A DNA stretch of 64,000 nucleotides, taken from NCBI GenBank assembly GCA_038831915.1, contig JAWBKB010000001.1, forward strand, positions 64,001-128,000, given 5' to 3'. A model generated the notes under the pieces. The model saw only the letters and a list, made by a program, of their open reading frames with translations. It was not told the origin of the DNA and made no database searches. The position numbers and the translations under genes are program-made. Shown here piece after piece: positions 29,531 to 38,982 of this stretch. Source of the DNA: Candidatus Caldarchaeum sp. GTDB lineage: Archaea; Thermoproteota; Nitrososphaeria_A; Caldarchaeales; Caldarchaeaceae. The stretch's first letter is position 1; each line of letters opens with the position of its first letter.

Positions 29531-30700
29531 ATGGTCGTTTCAGATGGACGTATCATTGAGTTGAATCTAGACGGTGTTGAAGGTTGGCTCGTCATAGACA
29601 CTTTCATCATGGGTCGATGCTGGGGCGGAATAAGAATCTCCCCATACGTGACGGTGTCGGAAACAAAGTTGCTGGCAAGGGCGATAACTTTGAAGTCTGC
29701 CTTAGCCGGAATCCCTATCGGAGGAGCGAAAATCGGAATAAAAGCAGAGCCATCAGACATCAAAAGACTAAAAATTATTGAAAAACTCGCCACTAACATC
29801 CGCAAGCTCGTCTATGCGAGACGTTACACACCTGGCACCGACATAGGGTTCAGCGAAGAAAACCTCAAACAGCTATACGCACACATCGGGCTCCGACCGA
29901 CTCACACACTTCATAAAATGAGTGAAAATCTTTCTCTAACGGGTCTGGCCGTTGCTGAAAGCCTTCACGCAGCCATACAAGAAACGGTGAATTTGTTTGG
30001 AATGCATGACTGTGAAACAGTCGCAATACAGGGTTTCGGCAACATGGGCTCAGCGGCGGCCTACGTGTTAAGCAGGCGAGGATACCGTATCGTGGCGGTG
30101 GGGGACCGGTACTACACTCTAGTCGACCGTGAAGGAATTAACATCGATGACTTGTTAGAACAAAAGAAAACTTTCGGCGAGGACTGCTTGCGTGAATACA
30201 GTCGTAAGAATCCGAACTCGAAAATCTATCCACCTCAAGAGTTTCTCAACCTAGAATCTGACATACACGTGCCAGGTGCCGGAATTCTAAGTATAGTGAA
30301 AAAACCGAACTGCAGGATAATAGCTCCAATAGCTAATTATCCGGTGTCCATACAGTTTGCGAAAAATCTCGAACAACACGGTATAAAGACCATTCCGGAC
30401 ATCATCTCTAACGCAGGCGGCGCCATAGGCAGCGCTCTATCAATCCTTCAAAGGGAATTTGATGCCGACACAAGAATCATAGCTCAACTAACACGAAACA
30501 ACTTGAAACAAACTGTATTAGACGCGTCGAAAAAAGGCATCACACCGATTGAGGAGGCATATGCACGTGCTTGGCGGAGGTTGAAAAGACTGCGTATGCT
30601 CGGTCCATTAGGGCTGCCAGGCTACTTGAACCCTATGGTCAAGCTAGTCGGTTGGCATATCTTCTCGAAGTACGCAGTGTTGCAACAGAATTTGAAATAG
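29531..30700 (+). CDS. Glu/Leu/Phe/Val dehydrogenase family protein, divergent
   Basis: GGIR, ITLKSALAGIPIGGAK, GTDIG, IQGFGNMG, PDIISNAGG. Confidence 0.85.
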   Translation: MVVSDGRIIELNLDGVEGWLVIDTFIMGRCWGGIRISPYVTVSETKLLARAITLKSALAGIPIGGAKIGIKAEPSDIKRLKIIEKLATNIRKLVYARRYTPGTDIGFSEENLKQLYAHIGLRPTHTLHKMSENLSLTGLAVAESLHAAIQETVNLFGMHDCETVAIQGFGNMGSAAAYVLSRRGYRIVAVGDRYYTLVDREGINIDDLLEQKKTFGEDCLREYSRKNPNSKIYPPQEFLNLESDIHVPGAGILSIVKKPNCRIIAPIANYPVSIQFAKNLEQHGIKTIPDIISNAGGAIGSALSILQREFDADTRIIAQLTRNNLKQTVLDASKKGITPIEEAYARAWRRLKRLRMLGPLGLPGYLNPMVKLVGWHIFSKYAVLQQNLK

Positions 30701-30716
30701 ATTTGAAAATATCGAT

Positions 30717-31991
30717 TCACTTGGCCACCTTTGATTCAACTAAGCGAAACTTCGGCCAGACATCCTGCTCAAGAGTTTCAACAATTTTCACCCGGACTTG
30801 AAGTCCGTTGAGAATGTTTACTACGCCCGATGTCAAAGTGTCGATGAGACGTTCATGGTCTGATTCGGGTTTCGGAACTGTGATGATTTCAACCGAGTAG
30901 TCAGCGTCTTGTACTACACGGAATTCAACCACACCGTCGACTTTTTCGATGCGAGAAATAACAGCGTAGCGCGAAATCATGTCGCCGTTTTTCTTGTAAA
31001 TGCAGTCCACGGTTCTGCCTTCAACGCTTCTCAAAAGTGGAAGGTCTCGACCACAAGGACATTCATCATCTACTAACTCAACTAATTCTCCCGCCCTATA
31101 CCTGATGAAAGGAGTTGCGTACCTATACAGACACATAACGACCGCTTCTCCTTGCACATACTTTGAGCCGACTATTTTTGGATTGAGTAGTTCCAACACC
31201 ACGGCCTCACTGTTGATATGATATGCTGTATGAGTAGGGCACTCCCAAGGGATGTTCCCCATTTCGATGGTGGAATATCTGTCAAACACCTCTGTGGAGA
31301 AAAAATTTTGCACAGCCTTTCGCGTTGATGGTGTTAAAGTTTCACCGGTAGTTATGATGGTTTTTACAGAAATTGTCGCCCCGTGTCTTTCAGAGTATTC
31401 CATCAAGCGGCGTAAAGTTTACGGCTGAGCGATCAATACGTCGGGCTTGATTTCAGACATCCTCACTATATTGCTGCGAACATCTCCTGAAAGATCGATA
31501 AAAGCAGGTTTTGTAGTAGCTATTCTAAATAGCATATCCCCGAAAAAACTTATACTTTGAGGCGACGGATTCTGCAGAAATCTCACGACCTTCATTCCGG
31601 GCCTAACACCGTATGCCCACAGGCTCCGTAGATATAAAGCCGTCCAAAATGCCGCTTACTTTTTGGTCTCGAGCATGACTAACGGCTCACCCGTAGAGCC
31701 GGACGTCCCCGCTTAAGTATCAGGTCTAATAGACGAAGCCCTGCGTTCGTCGAGCGGAATTCTGACCAGTTCAGACCTCGAGACCACAGGAAGGCCGTCG
31801 AGAGCAGATTTTCCCAGAACTTTCAACCGGTCGACCATAGCTTTTTCATACAGTCTCCTGTAGAGGGGAACATCTTCGTATGACTTGACAACCAGTTTCT
31901 TGAGCTTTTCCGACTGAAGACGGATGAGTTTCTCAGTGTTGAACCACTGTGAATGTTGTAGGTTCGCCCAGTAAAACAACGTGTCAAACAT
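30717..31991 (-). pseudogene. Phenylacetate-CoA ligase / CapK-like adenylate-forming enzyme interrupted by three in-frame TAA codons
   Basis: One continuous frame: LQSEKLKKLV..VPLY, TSGSTGEP, GETLT, DRYSTIEMG, HINSE, PFIRYRAGE, CPCGR, EGR. TAA at 31713-31715, 31656-31658 and 31419-31421. Confidence 0.85.
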
Positions 31992-32056
31992 CTAACCTCA
32001 CAAATGAGAGCAAACTTTTATTTTTGTCCATAACCGACGTACACGGATTGTGACTC

Positions 32057-33337
32057 ATGGCAGCTTGGTGGAAAGACAAACGACTTTGGTTTGTAGTTTT
32101 TCTCACGTTGTTGGCTTTCGGTATAAGGATTTACAAAATTCATATTCCGGACCGATTAATCGGTGACGAAGTTTACTACGTGCCGGCTGCCCGTAGTATC
32201 TTGGGGCAGAACGAAGCAGGTGTTCCACGGGATGTTGGATACGCTCATCCACCTTTAGCTAAGATGATTATCGCTGTCGGAATCGCATTATTCGGAGACA
32301 ACCCTTTTGGATGGAGAATAATGTCAGTAATCGCCGGCACCATAATCATCCCAGCGTTCTATGTTCTTGTCAAAAAACTGACGCAAGACTCGAAAGAGTT
32401 GGAGAACGCGCCAACGTTGGCTGCTTTTCTAATGTCTTTCGAAACATTAACCTTCTATTTTTCACATGTGGCTAGAATCGACATTTTCATGATGCTGTTT
32501 TTCATAGTCGGCGCGGTCTTTTTGATGGAGAAAAAAACTTGGAGAAAGCTTCTTGCCGCACCTCTGTTTGCCTTGTCTTTTCTTTCGAAGGAAGCCGCAT
32601 TACTCATGATTCTACCACTTCTACTCTGGGCCGGGATAAGAACGGAGGCGAAAAACACGAGGAAAACAGCAAAAAAAGCCCCCCTCAAACATAGATTTGA
32701 CTGGAAAACTGTCGGTGTTCTTTTGGCCGCTACAGGCATATGCATAGCAGGTATGTGGTATGTGCTCGAGTGGGTTGTTCTCACTCCTCGGGTTCCAAGC
32801 TTGGTCGAACGGATTTCGCTGATGTTGCGAAGGCTTGATATAGACAATCCAGCGGCACGTGGTCGTAGCGAAATTTGGATGTGGTTCTTCAACCAACCCG
32901 TTACAAGAGCTGCGGCTGTTCAGCCAGGGGTCAGAATAGACCCAGCAACCATAAACGTTGGTCCAATCCTCAATCCTGTTCTCCAGTACGCATACATCGT
33001 TCAACCAAGCTGGACCATCATCCTGCCCATGATTCCGACGATGGTCTACATGCTGTATCTTTCGCGGTCCAGCAGCGTCGCAAGGTTTGTGGCGATGTCC
33101 TGGTTTGGTGTACTGATAGGATGGATAATAGTCAACGTTGCTTTCAGAGGTTTGATGTACTTGTTTTACGTCTTGACCTTAGTTCCAGCGGTGATAATCG
33201 GAATCTCGATATATTTGAGTCGAGGCCTTTACTATGAATCAAAAAACAAATCCGTCAAAATATCGCTGATTAGTTTTGTGTATTTGTTGTTACATGTAGT
33301 CAATTTCGTCGCGTTATATCCCGTACCAGTCTCATAA
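32057..33337 (+). CDS. PMT/GT39-like dolichyl-phosphate-sugar-dependent membrane glycosyltransferase
   Basis: IGDEVYYV, HPPLAKMII, NPFGWR, ARIDIF, many TM helices. Confidence 0.82.
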   Translation: MAAWWKDKRLWFVVFLTLLAFGIRIYKIHIPDRLIGDEVYYVPAARSILGQNEAGVPRDVGYAHPPLAKMIIAVGIALFGDNPFGWRIMSVIAGTIIIPAFYVLVKKLTQDSKELENAPTLAAFLMSFETLTFYFSHVARIDIFMMLFFIVGAVFLMEKKTWRKLLAAPLFALSFLSKEAALLMILPLLLWAGIRTEAKNTRKTAKKAPLKHRFDWKTVGVLLAATGICIAGMWYVLEWVVLTPRVPSLVERISLMLRRLDIDNPAARGRSEIWMWFFNQPVTRAAAVQPGVRIDPATINVGPILNPVLQYAYIVQPSWTIILPMIPTMVYMLYLSRSSSVARFVAMSWFGVLIGWIIVNVAFRGLMYLFYVLTLVPAVIIGISIYLSRGLYYESKNKSVKISLISFVYLLLHVVNFVALYPVPVS

Positions 33338-33363
33338 AAACACCAGCGCGCGATTGATTCCGA

Positions 33364-33448
33364 TGCGGGGGGTGGGATTTGAACCCACGAACCCCTTCGG
33401 GACAGGGGCCTGAACCCTGCGCCGTTGACCAGGCTTGGCGACCCCCGC
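33364..33448 (-). tRNA. tRNA-Leu(CAG), intronless, long variable arm
   Basis: Minus strand GCGGGGGTCGCCAAGCCTGGTCAACGGCG-CAGGG-TTCAGGC-CCCTG-TCCCGAAGGGGTTC-GTGGG-TTCAAAT-CCCAC-CCCCCGCA. Confidence 0.97.
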
Positions 33449-33567
33449 AGCGGTTCTAATTTTCGTATCGGAATTGATAAGGGTTGCGAATTCGTTTGAC
33501 GACTTTTTCGTGAGTTTTATTTCTTTATGTTTTTATGTTCGGGGTTATGTGATGTGGCCGGAGAAAA

Positions 33568-34725
33568 TTGACCGAAGTTGTGACAGGTTTAGGCTACATG
33601 AACAAGGTTTACAAAAACGTTAGCAGCATTGACATGAACAGTTTGGAAAGACTTTTGCATGACATTCAGTCCGCAGGCGTGATTATTCCGCTTGGTGAAG
33701 GCCGTTCAAAAGGTGCTTTAAGCATCGCCATGAGTGAGTTGGCGAAGATGCGTGACGGCAAAATCGTGATAGACCGCGGGGACATCGGGTTTCCGGGCCG
33801 AGAAATGGCTGAAGCAGCTCCCATACTCAAGCAAAGGTTTGGCCGGGTTTGTCTCCTCATCAACTCCGGGTCGGGAAGAAGCATGACACCTTTGGTGGAC
33901 GCGCAAAACCTCGCCTCATACATCGGGAAAACCGGCGCACACCGCGATTACATAATTGATTTAGTCACTTCGGACGTCGAATCACCTCTCGCAAAAATCG
34001 CTTCCAAATACGGCAGCGTTGTCGAGCTTGCGGGAAGAGAGGAAGTCGTCGAAGCTGAAGAAGCCAAAGTTTTCCGCGACGTAGGAATCATGGAAGACAC
34101 GTTTATTCTCGGAAGCGGAGTCGTTTTTCATGCCATCGCGGAAACTCTTTATGATAAAGCGTTGCCGCACAAAGCTCACGAATACGCTCGCGAAATCTGC
34201 GCTGAGGCGGCGAGGGTGGTGGAAAAAAGCCTTTCATCGGAATTCTATGAATTCGTCACAAGAAAGCTTGAGACACGGAGCCTCGCATTCTTCGCCGGGT
34301 TGGGGAGTAGCTATGAAGTAGCTCGAATGACCGCTGTCAGAGTTGGGCATATCAAGCGCGCGATAGGCGACCAAGTTTATGTCGCGAGAGAATCCAGCAC
34401 CCCGGCCCCCAGGAACGGAGACCTTCTCATAGTTGTCTCAAGCAGCGGTGAAACGGAAATTGTAGCGACATGGTGTAAAAGCTTTAAACGGATGGGTGGG
34501 CAAATCGCCGCCGTCGTGGGAAATGCTGACAGCACCATCGCAGCCATGGCCGATGGTGTTTTAGAAATTCCCGCGAAAACCGAACCAGGGCGGCCAAACC
34601 GGTTCTACGTATATGCGGAATTCGTCCTCAGCCCACTACCTATCTTACTCGTCGAAAGCCTTGAAGCAAAAGGATTCAGGCTACCGGAATATATCCTCCG
34701 CTGGCACCAAAGCGTGACTGCATAG
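33568..34725 (+). CDS. Tandem SIS-domain sugar-phosphate isomerase-like protein (HxlB/PHI-like)
   Basis: Two SIS motif sets: GEGRS / NSGSGRS / SPLAKIA and GLGSS / SSSGET / STIAAMAD. Confidence 0.75.
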   Translation: MTEVVTGLGYMNKVYKNVSSIDMNSLERLLHDIQSAGVIIPLGEGRSKGALSIAMSELAKMRDGKIVIDRGDIGFPGREMAEAAPILKQRFGRVCLLINSGSGRSMTPLVDAQNLASYIGKTGAHRDYIIDLVTSDVESPLAKIASKYGSVVELAGREEVVEAEEAKVFRDVGIMEDTFILGSGVVFHAIAETLYDKALPHKAHEYAREICAEAARVVEKSLSSEFYEFVTRKLETRSLAFFAGLGSSYEVARMTAVRVGHIKRAIGDQVYVARESSTPAPRNGDLLIVVSSSGETEIVATWCKSFKRMGGQIAAVVGNADSTIAAMADGVLEIPAKTEPGRPNRFYVYAEFVLSPLPILLVESLEAKGFRLPEYILRWHQSVTA

Positions 34726-35778
34726 CTATTCCAGCACAGGCCTTATCGGTCTACCCAACTGTTCATAAAACTCTCTCATCCAAGGCAATATATCACGGCC
34801 CAGTAAGTTGAGAAACCTTTCCTCGTTCGGGCTCGCGCTGTGGATGTAAACGCGGTCAAACCCAAGCCTGAGGAAATTGGCCAAAGCCTTGAAAATATCG
34901 TCGACGTCCGTAGTTATGAGCCACGTTTCTTTGATTTTTTGTCTTTCGACTTCTCCGACCATAGCCTCTAACACACGCGGGTCTGAAATCTGTTCGCGTT
35001 TGTCCCGAGGAATCGCTGTCGGGGCCCAGAACAAAGCAGCACGATACGCTCTTTCGTAATCGTGGTCGTAGGATACTTTGAATTCGAGACATTTGCTCAA
35101 TTTCGAAGGGTCTTTACCCGCTTTTTTCGCCCCTCTCTCCAACGCATTCACAATCGACATGTAATTCTCCATACCACGTGGATTCGTGATTATTCCGTCG
35201 CAATATTCTCCAGCTATTTCAGCAACAGTCGCGTTAGACGTCGCAACGTAGATCGGAATCTTCGTCTTCGGCTTGGTGTACAGCTTGGCACTCTTAATCT
35301 TGTAATACATCCCGTCGTAGTCGACGAAATCGCCGCGCCAAAGCAATTGAATTATCTCAATCGCTTCTTTAAGCCGTTGAACTTTTTCCTTAAATCCGGG
35401 CCATTTGAAGCCGAGAGGTGTTTCATTCATCGCATGCCCCGTTCCGACCGTTATGAAAATCCTGCCGGGATATAGATAGTTGAGTGTGGCAAACGCTTGA
35501 GCAACTATAGCGGGATGATACCTGAAAAGAGGAGTGGTAACAGCTGTCCCTACTTCGACTTTCTTCGTCTTCTCCGCGATTGCCCCTACAACAACCCACG
35601 GAAAACCGGCCTGCCCGCCGGTGTCTACCCATGGATGAAAATGATCACTTACTGCTATGATGTCAAACCCAACAGCTTCAGCGTGAATCGCATGAGCTAC
35701 AATTCTGTCCGGGTCATACTGTTCCATCCCAGCCCAATAACCCAGCCGAAGAACACCTTCAGCAGCCACATCAGTCAA
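34726..35778 (-). CDS. F420-dependent LLM oxidoreductase, G6PDH-F420-like family
   Basis: EQYDP, SDHFHPW, TAVTTPLFRYHPAIVAQAFATL, GTGHAMNE. Confidence 0.9.
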   Translation of the reverse strand: MTDVAAEGVLRLGYWAGMEQYDPDRIVAHAIHAEAVGFDIIAVSDHFHPWVDTGGQAGFPWVVVGAIAEKTKKVEVGTAVTTPLFRYHPAIVAQAFATLNYLYPGRIFITVGTGHAMNETPLGFKWPGFKEKVQRLKEAIEIIQLLWRGDFVDYDGMYYKIKSAKLYTKPKTKIPIYVATSNATVAEIAGEYCDGIITNPRGMENYMSIVNALERGAKKAGKDPSKLSKCLEFKVSYDHDYERAYRAALFWAPTAIPRDKREQISDPRVLEAMVGEVERQKIKETWLITTDVDDIFKALANFLRLGFDRVYIHSASPNEERFLNLLGRDILPWMREFYEQLGRPIRPVLE

Positions 35779-35870
35779 GAGCCCGCCCTACTATTAAAAA
35801 TTGCACAGCTCATACATGGTCACAATTTTCTTCACAAATTGATAAAAGCGACGTTTGAAATTCTTTCGCT

Positions 35871-36755
35871 TCAAATCACTACCTGATTTTGTATGTTTCT
35901 TGAGCCTAAGATGGTTGTTTCACGTGCTGAAGCTCTTACGCCTTTAACAATTATCATTTCGGCGAAGTTTCTGAAGAAAGGAGATCTTAACTCCAAAAGG
36001 GCGAAGAATTTTAGGAGCAGTCTAAAGGATTTGCTGTTTCGAAGTCTATCAACCCCTCTGTTCGAGGTCCAAAGGTCAAGCCACCTTAATTGCTTGGGAA
36101 ACAGATGATAACCTGACAGTTCAATGTTAGAAAGGATTGCTGCCTTCGCAAGCGAATAAAGCTGAGTTCTGTGGAAATGTTTCTCTGGGTTTGTGAAGTT
36201 TGCCATGAAGCCCAACACATGCAGAATTTTTGATGAAAGAAGACGCATGGAATAGTTCGCGATGTTTGGAACGGCGACTAAAACCTCTCCACCGTATTTG
36301 ACAACTCGTGTCTGTTGGTAAAACGCTTGAGCATACTCTTCCACATGTTCTATGCTGCCGAAGCTGCAGGAGATGTCCACCGCCTGCGACCTGATCGGCA
36401 ACCTTCGAAAGTCCGAAACTATGAAATGCGACCTGTTATACAGATTTCTCTCTTTGGCTCTCTCCGCCGCTCTTTTAATTATTCCGGCTGAAATATCGAC
36501 GGAAATCAAGTCTGCATCTTCGCCCATCATGTAAAAGCCGTATTGTGTGTTTGTCGCTTCATTATACGCGTCAAGCTTGAGAATCCGACTGCGTTTCACT
36601 GAGGTGAGGGACGACACCAAGGAAATCACTAGTCGTCGGTAGAAAATGTCCGTAACGGTGGGTCTCTTTTGTCTGAGATGATAAGACGTTTTTGCCACGT
36701 GGTCCCAGTATTCGGTCAATGATTCAATCTGTGTTGGCGTCTGTTTTTTACGCAA
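35871..36755 (-). CDS. Class I SAM-dependent methyltransferase
   Basis: VDIS, SDFRRLPIRSQAVD, SFGSIEHV, GGEVLVAVPN. Confidence 0.8.
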   Translation of the reverse strand: MRKKQTPTQIESLTEYWDHVAKTSYHLRQKRPTVTDIFYRRLVISLVSSLTSVKRSRILKLDAYNEATNTQYGFYMMGEDADLISVDISAGIIKRAAERAKERNLYNRSHFIVSDFRRLPIRSQAVDISCSFGSIEHVEEYAQAFYQQTRVVKYGGEVLVAVPNIANYSMRLLSSKILHVLGFMANFTNPEKHFHRTQLYSLAKAAILSNIELSGYHLFPKQLRWLDLWTSNRGVDRLRNSKSFRLLLKFFALLELRSPFFRNFAEMIIVKGVRASARETTILGSRNIQNQVVI

Positions 36756-36838
36756 TTCGATGTATGGATTTATGAAGTTGGTAAAATATGTTTTGTGGCT
36801 TTCGAAGGGTTGATAAATAGTGTTGTCGCTGTGTTGTT

Positions 36839-37492
36839 ATGTGGATTTTTCTTTCACACAAATTATCAACTTCGACACCGAGCTATGATGACGGTCCACG
36901 ACTTGAGACAACGCCCGTCAAGCAGATTGCCAGGGGAGACAGCAGCAACACATACTTCATCAAAATGCTTAACCATTTGGGAACCCATGTGGATGCCCCT
37001 AACCATTTTGACCGTGAGGGCCGACCGATAGCGTCCTACACCGCGGAAGAGCTGGTCTTTGAAAAGCCGTTGTTCATCGAAATCACGAAAAGCGTAGGTG
37101 AGGTTATCAAAGCTGAGGATATTCAGTCCCACGAAGCTGAAATCGCGGATTCCGACCTCCTTTTGATAAGAACGGGAATTCAGAGGTTTCGAGAATCCAA
37201 CCCAGAGGCATTCATGAAGAGAGGAGTCTGCCTTTCGGTTGAGGCCGCTGAATTTCTGCGTAAATTCAAAAGGTTGCGAGCTCTAGGAGTTGACGCCATA
37301 TCCATTTCCTCACCTTTGATGCGTGAAGTTGGACGTGAGGCTCACAGGAGGCTTCTCATGGGCCGAAGCTTTCTCATCATCGAAGACATGGACCTTCTCG
37401 GCAAACCCACGAGGTTGAAAAAAGTCATCGTTGCGCCTTTGATGGTGGAAGGGGTTGACAGTTCTCCGTGCACTGTTTTGGCCGAAGTTTAG
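36839..37492 (+). CDS. Cyclase / kynurenine formamidase-like metallohydrolase
   Basis: HLGTHVDAPNHF, LLIRTG, GVDAIS, IIEDM, DSSPC. Confidence 0.92.
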   Translation: MWIFLSHKLSTSTPSYDDGPRLETTPVKQIARGDSSNTYFIKMLNHLGTHVDAPNHFDREGRPIASYTAEELVFEKPLFIEITKSVGEVIKAEDIQSHEAEIADSDLLLIRTGIQRFRESNPEAFMKRGVCLSVEAAEFLRKFKRLRALGVDAISISSPLMREVGREAHRRLLMGRSFLIIEDMDLLGKPTRLKKVIVAPLMVEGVDSSPCTVLAEV

Positions 37493-38340
37493 AAGATTCC
37501 GCCCACTGCAAAGGAAATCAAGGCGAGCAGCATCCAGACGAGGGTGAGGTTTTTCTGTTTTCTCGCTGTGCCTGATGTTGGGCTTTGCAACACTTTGACG
37601 CTCGAGTAGATGAATCCGGCGTCGGCAACTGCGACAACGGGCATGTAGAGGGGTCCTACTACGTTGAGCAGGTAGGGCAGCGGGCTGAGAGCTACCGCTG
37701 TCAAGTAAAATGCCGCACCTAGCATGGCTGCTGCCGGTAGCCCATGTTTACGCGCTATCGTGGATACTTTTCTTACGGAGTCGCCCTCCACGTCTGTCAT
37801 GCCTTTGATGACTTCCCGACCCGTGTTAGCTAAAAAGGCGAGCAGAGCTAGGATTAGAACTCTCGAAGTAACCGTGCCGTCTGAAAGCAGCGACCCGTAG
37901 ATAAACGGGGCGACGACCGTGAAGCTTACGACCAAGTTGCCGAGAAAACCGGTTTTCTTGAGAAACCAATTATACAAGGTGGCTACGACATAGGTGAACG
38001 ACGCCATCAACCCACATGGCATCGAAGTCAAAAACGCCGCCGAAAGGCCAACAAAAGCGGTAAAGCCTGCGAAAACAACTGCCTTGCTTTCTGAAATTTG
38101 ACCGGAAGGAATAGGTCGGGAGGGGTTGTTAACTAAATCAACTTCCTTATCGAAGTAGTCGTTTAGAGCCATCGAAGAGCTGGTCAACCCAAACGAAGTG
38201 ACAAAAGCGTACACGGCTGTTTCGATGTTAATATTGCGGTTTTCTGAGAAAAGAACACCAATGAGGACTGCGAAAAACATCATCAACCCATTAGGCGGCC
38301 TAGAAAGCTTCAGCAACGCTGATGCCGACAACTGCTTCAC
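37489..38340 (-). CDS. UbiA-family digeranylgeranylglyceryl phosphate synthase
   Basis: RPPN, NDYFDKEVDLVNNPSRPIPSG, REVIKGMTDVEGD. GTG start at 38340. Confidence 0.9.
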   Translation of the reverse strand: MKQLSASALLKLSRPPNGLMMFFAVLIGVLFSENRNINIETAVYAFVTSFGLTSSSMALNDYFDKEVDLVNNPSRPIPSGQISESKAVVFAGFTAFVGLSAAFLTSMPCGLMASFTYVVATLYNWFLKKTGFLGNLVVSFTVVAPFIYGSLLSDGTVTSRVLILALLAFLANTGREVIKGMTDVEGDSVRKVSTIARKHGLPAAAMLGAAFYLTAVALSPLPYLLNVVGPLYMPVVAVADAGFIYSSVKVLQSPTSGTARKQKNLTLVWMLLALISFAVGGIF

Positions 38341-38341
38341 C

Positions 38342-38890
38342 TCATTTGTTCCAAAGCTCGACAACCGATGCCTGATAGTACACGACTTCGTTTCTTCTGT
38401 CAAGAACGGCTACAACGCCCGTTTTGTCCATGGCTCGACATGTTCTCAACAAACTCAATAATTCATCCATCTGCAAGCTTTCACCTTCGTAAACTGGAAT
38501 GATCAAGTATTTGGCTGGTTTTTCCAAGTATTCCCCTCTTTCGAAGACGCGGAACCGCAGTTTTGGGCCGAAGCCTTCTTTAACGACGTATCGACGTTTA
38601 CGAAGGTCCATGTAGATTACGTAGTCCCTCCAAATGTTTCTGTCAACCGAGCTGAAACGAGTTAAAAGGTCGTTAAATTCGAGTTTTCGACCCGCTTGGT
38701 AGACCACGGCTTTGCCATTTCTGACCAAGTAGAGTGTTTCGACGGGGCTGAACGTGTATTTGTCATTCGTTTGCCGATCTCCGTATCCTCTTTCCTTGAA
38801 CCATGCCAGGTCACCGCTGATAAACAACGCTTTGCCGTCTTCGGTTAACTCAAGCTTCGCCGGCTCAGCCAAAGGCTTTTCCTCGGTCAA
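38342..38890 (-). CDS. tRNA-splicing endonuclease, probably the structural (beta) subunit
   Basis: FSPVETLYLV, YMDLRKRRYVVKEG, EVVYY. Catalytic Tyr and His appear replaced (FRVFERG, KPAKYL). Confidence 0.82.
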   Translation of the reverse strand: MTEEKPLAEPAKLELTEDGKALFISGDLAWFKERGYGDRQTNDKYTFSPVETLYLVRNGKAVVYQAGRKLEFNDLLTRFSSVDRNIWRDYVIYMDLRKRRYVVKEGFGPKLRFRVFERGEYLEKPAKYLIIPVYEGESLQMDELLSLLRTCRAMDKTGVVAVLDRRNEVVYYQASVVELWNK

Positions 38891-38982
38891 AGCCCTTTAT
38901 GAAGAGGGTAAGTCGATATATATTCCTGAAACATTGTTTAAGTAGCGTAAAGAATAAGAAAAGGTCGGTCCACGTGGTCGTG

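Noticed and set aside
29434-33448. Integrated element at tRNA-Leu
   Set aside because: No duplicated tRNA 3' end (att site), integrase or transposase is visible; it can only be called a variable region.
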